Shown here: piece after piece, positions 23,665 to 33,530 of the stretch
Layout of the letters: each line of letters begins with the position of its first letter
Numbering within the stretch: position 1 is the first letter of the stretch
Assembly: GCA_025594325.1 (NCBI GenBank)
Contig: JANHCV010000004.1
Location: forward strand, 868,001 to 932,000
Source of the DNA: Blastocladiella emersonii ATCC 22665
Taxonomy: Eukaryota; Fungi; Blastocladiomycota
Direction: 5' to 3'
DNA: 64,000 bases
Translations under genes and position numbers: made by a program
Notes under the pieces: generated by a model
What the model was told of the DNA's origin: nothing
Database searches by the model: none
Seen by the model: only the letters and a program-made list of their open reading frames with translations

Positions 23665-24411
23665 TCACAGCGCAAGGACCGCGGCGCCGACCACGGCCAC
23701 CACGGCCGCCGTCGCGCCGACCGCGACCTTCCCCGCGGCCCCACTGATCTTGATAACCCCGACGCTCGGCTTGAAAAAGCTGTCGGACAACTGCGACGCG
23801 CCAATGACGATATCGCCGGGGCAGATACACTGGCCCTTGTTGCAGTCGACGGTCCACTCGCGGTACGCGCAGAACTCGCGCGCGCAGTCGAACGCCGCCG
23901 CGTTGCACTCCTTGGACTCGGGCGGCGCCGGGTTGAACAGCCGCACGCCCGGCTGCGGCGTCACCACCACGCTGCCCGACGTCGCCGGCGCCTGCGTCCG
24001 CGACGCCGCCGCGTTGCTCGGGTTGCGCACCGTCGTCACAGGCGCGGTCCCGTTGCGCGCGCCGCCGTTCGACGGGGTGGGGGTCGGGCGGGAGGAGGTC
24101 GACGAGCTCGAGGTCGCGGACGCGCTCGTCGAGCTGCGCGTCGTCGACGCGGACGCGGAGGAAGAGCTCGAGGGTGTGGGCGAGGCGGAGGCCGAGGTGC
24201 GAGATGCCGAGGCTATCAGCGATGGGACGGAGAGTCAGCTTCAGGGACTTTCGACGCCGAGACGGCAGAGGCGAAGAGTACATGACGAAGAGCTCGGCAC
24301 TGGTGGTGGCGGCTGCTGCGCGGCCACGGGCAGGACGACGATCACGGCGAGCAGGGCGGCGACCAGCACCAGCTGGCGGGTCAGCGACGAGGCGGCAGTT
24401 GGGCGAGTCAT
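23665..24411 (-). CDS. Secreted Ser/Thr-rich protein with a six-cysteine module and probable GPI anchor, 2 exons
   Basis: Signal LVLVAALLAVIVVLPVAA, Ser/Thr stalk, CNAAAFDCAREFCAYREWTVDCNKGQCIC and hydrophobic tail AAVVAVVGAAVLAL*. Confidence 0.75.
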
Positions 24412-25992
24412 GGCGTAGTAGTTGAAGTTGATGTTGTCGTCTATGGAAGAGCACCGACACTGTTGTCGTCGTCGTTCGTCGTTCGTCTAGGGCGGAGCCG
24501 GTGTGCGCGGCCTCCTCGTCTAAATTGGCTTGTTTAGCGGACTGTGCGCTTGGGAGCGTCGATGGCGTCGGCGACCCGGTCGCGATTCATGAGGCACAAG
24601 GGCGGGGAGGCGAAGAGCACAATGAGGGTGGCGGCGGCCATGGGCGGCTTGCCCTCCGCCGTGGCGCCGGAGATCGCCCCACGCGCACGTGCAGGACCCG
24701 AAACGTGCGTCCGTATGACGCCCGGCCAATCATCGCGTCGCGTTTCGACCGACGCGTCGGTGCCGATCAGAGAAGCGATCACGACTCGTTGAGTGTGCTG
24801 TCAAGCGCCGTCACTTGGACTTTAGCCGTAGATCGTTCGTACGCGTAGCCGCGACTTACTTCGGAACCTTGGTCAGCGATGGGGACGCGTCTCTCGCTAG
24901 CGAGCCTTCGCGCTCACATCTTGACCCCAGGAAGAGCGCGAAGCGGGCTCTGTCAGAGCGACCAAAACATCAATGCCACGGCCATCGGTGTCGTTTCAGG
25001 ATTGAGGGGTCCTGGCAAACTTGAAGCGAGACGGAAGGACTTGAGCGACGCGATGTCCCGCATGAGAATCCGGCGATGCCGACCCTATACTTTGCCGCAT
25101 CACCCGCCGCATCACTTGCTCTCACCGCTCGCTACTTTGAGCGATCGAACTCAAGTCTATTGAGCACCTCCTAACCAAAGCAGATCGACCCGCGAGAGCA
25201 AGTTCTGGACGCCCTCGCTCCCGCGGCATTCGCGCGAACGACACGCGTCCTGTTGACGCAATGCCGCGGGATCGTCGCGTCAACGGGCTGTTACGAGCAG
25301 ATTGAGAAGTGTGGGCGTGAGTCGGATGCAGCCGAGCGACCGACGCGTGGTCGAGTGTTGGATTGAGGAGTTCACATGATCAACTCGGTCCGAGGCGGAG
25401 GGGGAGCAGCCCGTACTTATAGCACTCGGCGTTGCGTGAGAACTAGTCGTTGAGACTCTGTAATTGAAGCGTTCTCCGCTGGAACATAGACGTAGCAATG
25501 AAGTGTCACGGCGTGCAGTCCAACGACGCGGGAGGCGGCGCAGCAGTGCGCCGTAGTTTCAGCGGAACGCTGCGGCTGCGGTGAGCTACCGCTGCGGACT
25601 CGGCCGGAACCCGGTGCACTGTGCTCTGTCGACGGCAACCTAAGAAGCGCGGCGCAAGCAGGAGGAAAGTTGTGGAAGCAGAAAGCGGCGCCGCGCGACC
25701 GAGTGGCGGTGGTGGCTGAGCCCGGGTGGCGCAGCCGCTGCGTGAGCAACGCGACGCTTTTCACATGGCCACCGGCTCGACATGATACTGTCGGTATACC
25801 TTGATCGGAGCCCAACGGTACACGTTACTCGCACCTGAACACGGAACGCATCACAAACTCAAAGTCAAAGTCGAAAGACCATTGAGAATGAATGAAAACA
25901 AGAATTGATCAAATTACACACGAAACAGGCAAACAGCAGATATGTTGGTTTAAATGAGAGGTATCACGAACTGAAACTGCAAAGAAATAGAA

Positions 25993-26976
25993 TCAAGAAA
26001 CAAAAGCGGCGGACCGCAGGACCACGACAGGCGATAGGGTGGTCGGGAGAACCTTGACGCCGCGCTGCTTGGTCGAACGCGGCTTGGACTCGGACGAAAC
26101 GGCGGGCGCCTTGACGGTACTGGATGCACCGCCCAGGAGGCTACCGATCCGGACCTTGAAGGAAGACCAGCGGGACGTCGACTCGTGGTTGTCGACCAGC
26201 GTCTGATCTGACCCGAGCTTGGCCGAGAGAACGGCAAGGTTCGAGTCGATGACGTTCACCTTGACAGCCTCCGCCGCCGCCACCACCTTCACCTCGGGGT
26301 CAACCGCGGCCGAAGGCGCACTGCCACGGTGGCCAGCACGGCGGCAGACCCAGCGCAGCACTTTGCCAGCGGCGCTACGCTTCTTCTCGGCGGTAGGGGC
26401 AGCGGCGGCGGGGGCGGGACACGAGGCGATCTCCTTGATGGGCGCCGCAGTCGACGCGAGGGTGTCGACGGCAGCCGGAATCTGGTCGGTCGGGGCGGCG
26501 GGAGCGACAGCAGCCACAACGGCGGCCGTGGGCTCAAAGGAAGCGCGCAGGGTAGCCACATTTGCCCCCGCGAGCGTCCCGAGCACAACCGCCGCCGCCG
26601 TCGCGGGACCCGCCGTAACCGACTTGGACTTTATGGTGTCGCTCTGCACGAACTGGCCGTTGTCGCCGACGAACTTGGCGACGTTGACCTGGTCCGAGGA
26701 CCGCGCGCAGGCCGAGCGCGAGCCGGTAGACGTGGGCGAGCCGGGAACAGACGCGAGCTGCTCGAAGCGGTCCTTGAGGGTGCCGACCGTGGGGGTCGGC
26801 GTCAAATCGACGGCGCACTCGTTGTCGGCGACCATGTTGTCGGGCACGTTGCAGCCACTGGTGCCGTTCGCGAGAGCGACCACGACGCGGAGCGAGTGCT
26901 TGACCAAGGACACGGGCGACTTGGGCGAGGACGGCGACGACGAGACGGGGGCGGCAAGAGCAATCGAGGCAGACAT
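25993..26976 (-). CDS. Hypothetical Ala/Ser/Val-rich protein, intronless
   Basis: Open frame from ATG 26976 with a correctly oriented TATAAAG about 90 nt upstream. No recognisable domain. Confidence 0.6.
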   Translation of the reverse strand: MSASIALAAPVSSSPSSPKSPVSLVKHSLRVVVALANGTSGCNVPDNMVADNECAVDLTPTPTVGTLKDRFEQLASVPGSPTSTGSRSACARSSDQVNVAKFVGDNGQFVQSDTIKSKSVTAGPATAAAVVLGTLAGANVATLRASFEPTAAVVAAVAPAAPTDQIPAAVDTLASTAAPIKEIASCPAPAAAAPTAEKKRSAAGKVLRWVCRRAGHRGSAPSAAVDPEVKVVAAAEAVKVNVIDSNLAVLSAKLGSDQTLVDNHESTSRWSSFKVRIGSLLGGASSTVKAPAVSSESKPRSTKQRGVKVLPTTLSPVVVLRSAAFVS

Positions 26977-27064
26977 GGTGGTCGTATGGGGAACGGAATC
27001 TGCGATGAGTGGGTCTTGTTGAAGGTTAGAAAGTAGAGCTGGAGGAGCGCGGGGGCACGGCTGA

Positions 27065-27074
27065 GCTTTATAGC
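27065..27074 (-). promoter_or_regulatory. TATA box GCTATAAAGC
   Basis: About 90 nt upstream of ATG 26976. The same 12-mer (GAGCTTTATAGC on the + strand) recurs at 28454-28465. Confidence 0.6.
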
Positions 27075-27613
27075 GCAGCTGCTCAGCTAGCTCGCAACTG
27101 ATTCGATCCTCGCCGTTCCAGTCAGTCGCCCTTATGAGCAGCAAGATGCCCTTATGACCAGCAAGATGGGCAAGGCGGTGAGTGGACCGAGGGAGTCGGC
27201 CCGAGGTGGCGCAGCGGCTGGCCCAGCCGAGCCACATCGCGTCGCGTTTCAGCACCGCCGTCGCTTCCCCTTTGCATTATGCCTCAGGACGCGGACTCGA
27301 TCAGCTCGCGCTTCTCTCGACAGTTCACGTGGCGTCCGGGATTGGGAACTAGCAGCAGGCCGAGGCCCGCTCGACCGTTCAGCGTGCAATCCTAGCTACG
27401 CGCGCCAGCCCCGCGGCGTGCACCTCGCGGCCAGTTTCACCCTTCCGCTCTGACATCGCTTCTCTACGGCGGCCGTGGTGGTGGTAAAATCAATGCCGGA
27501 TGAATTCAATGATGTGGAGAGGGATGGGATGGATAGACTCTGAAGGGTAACGACTCAACGACAGCACGACCACTCGCGCGCGACGGCGTGCACTTCCTGG
27601 AGAAGGCTGACAT

Positions 27614-28357
27614 CTACTCCTCGGGGACGCGGCGCTCGGCAAACTGGCGCGTCGCGTCGCGCAGCTTGTCGACGGGCGCCGTCATGCCGCCGACAATCGT
27701 CTCGGCGAGCGGCTTGTCGGGCGCCGACGGGTGCGGGTGTGTCGGCGCGATGCGCTTGGCGCCTGCGTGGGTCGTTCGGGGGTGAGCGATGTCAGTGATC
27801 AGGTCCGACATCACACGGGATCGCGAGCGAACGAGACGAGGGAAACGCACCCACGAACTTGTGGCCGAGGCGGATCATACCGTCGTCGCCGATGAGGGCG
27901 CGGAGGCGCGGCAGGTCGCGCTCCTCCTCCTCGAGCGCGTGCGTCTTGAGCTCCGAGATGATGCGGCCGAGCAGCGGCGCGTGCTGCACCGACTTGACGT
28001 CGTGCTTCTCGAGCTCGTACAGCATCTCCTTGACGCGCTGGTGGTCGCCGCGCAGCCCGTCCGCGACCGCCTTGGTCTCGTACGTCTCGATGTCGCCGTA
28101 CACGGTCTGGTTCGCGAGCGGGGAGGGTGTCAGTGTGCGCGATCACCGAGCGGAGTCATGAAGAGAGCCCGCACCGTCTCCTCGGCCGCCGAGTGCACGG
28201 CAATCTCGCGCACCAGCTCGTTGGCGATGGCCTGCTGCTCCTCGTAGCGGCCGGCCGACGCGCAGTACCGGTCGTACAGGTCCCACAGCGACTGGTGGTC
28301 GAGGCGGATCAGGTCGTCGACGCCGCGGTTGCTCTGCTCGTTCGAGAGGGCCTGCAT
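27614..28357 (-). CDS. Hemerythrin HHE cation-binding domain protein, 3 exons
   Basis: DH...HSAAEE...DH...HALEEE di-iron ligand pattern and C-terminal APTHPHPSAP. Two gtgcg introns splice in frame. Confidence 0.9.
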
Positions 28358-28455
28358 GGTGGTTGTTGATGCGTAGGTGTGTCGGGGGTGTCGATGCGTG
28401 GAAGGCAGCGGGCACTGGGGAGCGAGAGCGAGGGCGTGGGCCGGGAGCGACGCGA

Positions 28456-28465
28456 GCTTTATAGC
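28456..28465 (-). promoter_or_regulatory. TATA box GCTATAAAGC
   Basis: About 100 nt upstream of the hemerythrin ATG. Confidence 0.6.
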
Positions 28466-28755
28466 CCTGCCGTGTCGGGACGAGTGCGAGGTCGGGAGAG
28501 GGGCGGCCGCGGGTGGGTGTGCCCGGCGGGGCAGGGCCGATGGACGGCGACGCGAAGATGAGCGCGACCACGTCACCGCTGTGGCCTGCGCACGGCACGC
28601 GTCCCCGCGGTCTCACTCAGCCCTCTCCTCTTTGGATCGGCGCCGATGCAAATTGCCGCACCGCCCGATCACCGACCGAGCGCGGGAACACTCACCCGAC
28701 CGGCCGACCGACCTGCTGAGCGGGGAGGGCGCGCGTGGGCGCAACGCGTCGCGTC

Positions 28756-28786
28756 GCGTTCGCGTTCGCGTTCGCGTTCGCGTTCG
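28756..28786. repeat. (CGCGTT)n hexamer microsatellite
   Basis: About 5 tandem units, directly visible. Confidence 0.8.
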
Positions 28787-28876
28787 AGGTGGCTGAGACA
28801 CGCGTCATTGCCCTCGCCATCGTCGATCCTAAGCGAGTGGGTATATTCAATCACGCCCGCTGATGCATACGGCGTG

Positions 28877-30217
28877 TCACCGTCGCGCGAGCTGACCGGC
28901 CTGGACCGACGCCGCGATCGCGACGGCGATGGTCGCCGCGACAAAGATGCACCACACGACGACGCGGCACGTCCACCCGAGCTCGACGCTCGTTGCCGCC
29001 GCCGCTGTCTGTGCGCTGGCGTGGGACCCGTGCCTGCGGGGCGTCGGCGGCCCGCGAGCGAGCCCGAGCGTCGACCCCTGCGCCGACTCGGGGTCGACGG
29101 CGCTCCCGTCCTGCTGCGCCGCCGACTTGAGCGTGACTCCGGACGTCTTGGCCATGGACGACTTGAGCACCAGCAGCGTCTCGCCGGGCCCGTCGATCCC
29201 CGACGGCGTGGGCGAGCGCGGCGTGAGCGGTATTGACGGCTCATCAGCGGCATCGCCGAGGACCACGCGCGATGCGGGCTTGCGCTGCAGCGACGCGAAC
29301 AGGCCGGCACCGGCCGCGATCTTGAGCGACGCCTTGGACCCAGACACGTCGTCGATGCTCGCCGACACGCGCTCGAGCACCTCGGCCACCTTGATTGCGT
29401 GTGCCGGCGTGATGGACGTGCGGCGGCTCGATGGCGCCGCGGTAGCGTGGTGCGCGTGCCCGCCGTGCGTCGCGCTCACGTTGCCCGACGACGACAGCTT
29501 CTCAGTCGACCCGGGCGCGCTCGGCGGTCGCGACCCGGCGCCGCGCTGCGAGGTCGGCGCGCTTGACCGGCCGCCACCGCCACCTGGTGTGTTGTTGTGC
29601 GCCATGAACGGGCACCCCGTCGGCAGGATCCCGCCGCCGAGTGGCGCGCGTTGCTTCCCGGTACCGCGGACCGACCCGCTGTGCTCGCTCGCCGGTGCTC
29701 CGGTCCCCGCAGGCCTGTCCGAGTCGTTGGACAGCCCGCTCTCGATGCGCTCGAGCGCCGCGAACCGCGCGTTACGCACGTGCGGCGGGATCGCCAGCGA
29801 CGGTGCTGGCGCGGAAGCGGGTCCGGGTCCCGGCAAGTCGGGCAGGAGCGGCGGCTCGACGCTGAGGTGGTCGAGGTGCAGCAGCCGGCTGTCGTGCGTC
29901 CGGTCGAGCGACGGGGGTACGGCGACGACCGAGAGCGCGCTCGGATGGGTCGAGTGGTGCCCGTGGTGCAGCCGGTGCTGCGAGTTGGCGGGCGACGAGT
30001 GGTGCGCCGACGACGACTTGTTAACACTCGGCTCGCCGCCGTGCGGTCCGACGTGCGATGCGGGCAGGCTGCCGATCGAGACCGTGTACGCGCCGCCCTC
30101 GGTTCCGAGACTCAGCGCGGATCCGTCGCCGCCGCCGTACGACGGGTTGCGCTTGAGCGAGGGATGGCGACCGCCTCGAGGCGGATGAGCGCCTCCTTGG
30201 GGATGACGGGCAATCAT
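28877..30217 (-). CDS. Hypothetical disordered protein with one C-terminal transmembrane segment
   Basis: 446-codon ORF, S/P/G/H-rich, ending CRVVVWCIFVAATIAVAIAASV. A further 3' exon cannot be excluded. Confidence 0.55.
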   Translation of the reverse strand: MIARHPQGGAHPPRGGRHPSLKRNPSYGGGDGSALSLGTEGGAYTVSIGSLPASHVGPHGGEPSVNKSSSAHHSSPANSQHRLHHGHHSTHPSALSVVAVPPSLDRTHDSRLLHLDHLSVEPPLLPDLPGPGPASAPAPSLAIPPHVRNARFAALERIESGLSNDSDRPAGTGAPASEHSGSVRGTGKQRAPLGGGILPTGCPFMAHNNTPGGGGGRSSAPTSQRGAGSRPPSAPGSTEKLSSSGNVSATHGGHAHHATAAPSSRRTSITPAHAIKVAEVLERVSASIDDVSGSKASLKIAAGAGLFASLQRKPASRVVLGDAADEPSIPLTPRSPTPSGIDGPGETLLVLKSSMAKTSGVTLKSAAQQDGSAVDPESAQGSTLGLARGPPTPRRHGSHASAQTAAAATSVELGWTCRVVVWCIFVAATIAVAIAASVQAGQLARR

Positions 30218-30363
30218 TGGGAGTTTATTGGACGGATGACAGCAAGCAAAAGCTATCGCACGACGTGTAGTTGTTCAGAATGCGAGGGCTTAACTGCGTC
30301 CGGGGGCCATGATGCAAGGTCGACGCGTCACAACAACAATGGTTCAATAGTCCCCCGCGCCCA

Positions 30364-31557
30364 TCAAGTCTCTGAAGCCTTCCCATCGTCGAGATCGAGC
30401 TGCTTGAGCACGTCCGCGAGGTCGATGGACGACTGTGCCGCCAACTCTTGTTGAAACAAGTTCACAATTCGGGCGCGTGAGGTCAGATCCGCTGCTGTGA
30501 GCACTTTGTCAGGGCAGGACTTGAGAAGATGCATCAGGGCGAACCGGCCGTCGCTCAACAGCTTGGGCAGAAAGATAAGCGAGTTGAAGTGTTGGTCGAT
30601 GACCTCTGGTGTGTTTCGGAAGATCCAGTCCAGGGAATTCGCTGTCTGCGATGCTCGCGGTGCAGAGAGCCCAAGTGAACCGCGTCGAAAGACCAGCTGT
30701 AACAATCGCGTCGACGATGGCCGTGTGATCAATCAGGCGGCCGAGTTTGGTAAGCTCTTGGAATGACGCGTACCGGCACTCGATGATCGAGACGAGCACC
30801 AAGTGGTTGAAGAACGACATGGGGTATGCGTCCGGGTGGTAAGGCTCCTCCTCGCAGTAGAGGACGTGCTGGAACCACTTGTCGTCCTCGTGGTCAAACA
30901 GCTGGGGAGCCTGCTTCCCGGTGGCCTGGAGCAGGCAGCGGAGAGTTGAAGGATCGCACCGCGTGACCGCGCTCGCGAGAAGTTGGAGAAGCGACATGAT
31001 GGGCCATCCGAGGCACGAGGGAATCTCGGGCGTCAGACCCTCATATTCGTCCCACAGCCTCCAATAGAACTCGTCGCGCGGATCGGGTTCGCGTCAGGGT
31101 ATTAATCGATCGAGCTTCGGCTTGGCAAATGAGCATAACAATCGAGGAGCATCGGGTCGTCCAGCAGCACGGAAGATTCGGATAACAAGCAGCTGAGCAA
31201 CGCGTCGGCCGCGGAAGCGAAGAAGTACCAACTAGGCGAGGGAATCGCCACTTGTTCGGCGTGGAACAGGTATCCTCCGAGGGCTGTGTTCGGGAGGTAT
31301 TTGGTAGGGTGCCCGCGAAACCCAGCAATGACGGCGGGCGCAAGTGCGCGCAGCATAGAACGGCCCCACGCCGTCCTTACTGCTCGCGAGGAAGCCAAGT
31401 CGTACGTCTCCCGCGAGGCGCAGAAGAGCTGCACGCGAGGCTCGGCTAGTTGCAGCACGCTCTCAAACAGCTCGAAGGGAAGCGTGCCAGCTTGTTCGCG
31501 GCCGGTCGGCTGATCAATCTCGCCCATAATATCGCTTTGCATTAAGTCTAGTTGCAT
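30364..31557 (-). pseudogene. Fragmented helical protein with an F-box-like start, probably decayed
   Basis: LPFELFESVLQLA resembles an F-box. Three protein-like ORF pieces lie in different frames without clear consensus introns. Lower GC than flanking genes. Confidence 0.35.
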
Positions 31558-31961
31558 GGATAGTGGTTTAGTGCTTCATGGGAGTCAGGGCAGGGAGATC
31601 GAGCTCTTCGCTGAGCGAGCTCCCGTTCTGGCGCGCTCGACGGTGGCGTCCCTTACAAACCCCGACGCTCGTGCTGACTGTCTCGCGTCTCAAAGTGTGG
31701 CGCAACGCGTCTCCAGCCGAACTTCAGACGTCGCGACTCCCCACGATGCAATCGGTCACTGTGCGGACCCGCTATCGACGAAACAGGATGAGTACGACCT
31801 TCGATGAAAGTTTCGTTGCTCGTGACCAGCTGTGGATGGAGCACGCTGAAGAGTTTGAATAGGATAAGCTGTTCGATGCGTATATTTGTACAGATCACGG
31901 CCACCCATAACTGCCAGCAGTTTAGGGATCCGTAACCGAGGACTTCCTTCGCCTCCCGAAC

Positions 31962-33000
31962 TCAGTTGAGCTGACGAGCAGGCGGGACGGGGTTCGTGGC
32001 GAGGTCGATGTCGAGCTAGCGAGGGCGAAGGAGACGTGAGGTTAGTTGATGATCATGCAGGTCGGTCCGTGACGGAAGTGAACGTACAATGTTGCTGCGC
32101 ACGTCCTGCAGCGAACGGAGCGACTCGCGGCAGTCGCGGGCGATCTGGTCCATCTGCGCCGAGCTGATCGACGTCGAACGGGTCCCGCGCTCAACCTCCT
32201 CCTACGAAACGCGACGAGTTGGTCAGTTTCGGTGGTCTCGCGGAAGCGCATGGACGAGAGCGACGTACCAGAGCACGGTTCATGGTGGCCATGTTGCGGC
32301 GGAGCTCGGCCTCGAGCTGGGCGAGGCGCTGGAGCTGCTGGTTGTTCTGGTTGTTACCGTTACCGTTCTGGTTGTTGTTGTTGTTCCCGTTGTTCTGGTT
32401 CTGGTCGTTCTGCCCGTTACCGACCTGCCCGTTGTTCCCGTTGCCAATCTGCCCGTTGTTGTTGTTCTGGTCGTTCTGCCCGTTTCCAATCTGCCCGTTG
32501 TTGTTCCCGAGCTGATCGTTCGGGTTGCCGACCTGGTTTCCGTTGCCAATCTGGTCGTTCGGGTTGCCGACCTGGTTGCCGTTGCCGTTACCGATCTGGT
32601 CGTTCGGGTTACCAATCAGCTGGTCGTTGGCGTTGTTGCCGCCGCCACCAACCTGGCCGCCGAGATCGACCCCGTTGTTGAAGTCGACGCCGCCGCCATT
32701 ACCCGCGCCGCCGCCGAGGTTCCCGTTGCCGACACCGATATCGCCCGCACCCGTCCCAGCTCCGGCACCGGCACCGGCACCCGCGCCAGCCCCCGCTCCG
32801 CGACCTGCACCTCGAGCAGCCCCATTGCCGCGGCCTGCACCGGCCCCGCGTCCCGCGTTTCCACCAGCCGCGTTACCGCCGGCGGCGCGCGCGCGGCGCT
32901 GCTGCTGCTGCGGGTTCGGCGCGGGCGCGGCCTGGACGAGCTGGAGCGCGACGAGGAGCGCGAGGAGAGCGTAGAGCGTGGTCGACTTGGAGAACTTCAT
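31962..33000 (-). CDS. Secreted Gly-Ala / Gly-Asn-Gln repeat protein with a C-terminal helical segment, 3 exons
   Basis: Signal MKFSKSTTLYALLALLVALQLVQA, (GA)n block and GNPNDQ(I/L)GNG repeats. Two gtacgt introns add EEVERG...DVRSNI and LDIDLATNPVPPARQLN*. Confidence 0.8.
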
Positions 33001-33530
33001 CTTGGTCGTGTTGGTGTTGGTGGGTGAGCAGTGCGCCAGGCAGCTGCTGCGAGAGGAGGATGGTGATGGTGATGATGATGGTGATGGTGATGGGGGGACT
33101 TGACCAGCAAGTTTGATGGTGCTCTGAACCAGCAGAGCTTTGAGGGTGGTTGGTGATCCGTGTAGGTATACGTAGCGGAAGCGAGAGAGGGGGGAGTGCG
33201 CGGGCGCGCTGAGGTTTTAGAGCAAAAACCCGCATGGGCTCGCCAAGCAGGCGAGCCACGCGGGCGCGAGATGAAGGGCGTGGCGGAGCTCGTTGCTGTC
33301 ATGGTGAGCGCCACGCTGCACTGAAGTGGGATGTGGCGCCTCGATGTGACACACACGCGCGATCGCTGAGCCACACTGGCTGAGCCTTCCCCGCACGCCA
33401 GCGCCTCGCCTTCAGCTTCCGCACACAGTCGCCACCAGACACCAAACGGGTTAAAAAAGTGTGACGATTTTGCAACTCGGGACAAATAAATACAGCTCAA
33501 TGACAGTCAAACGTCCGTGACGTCGTGCGT

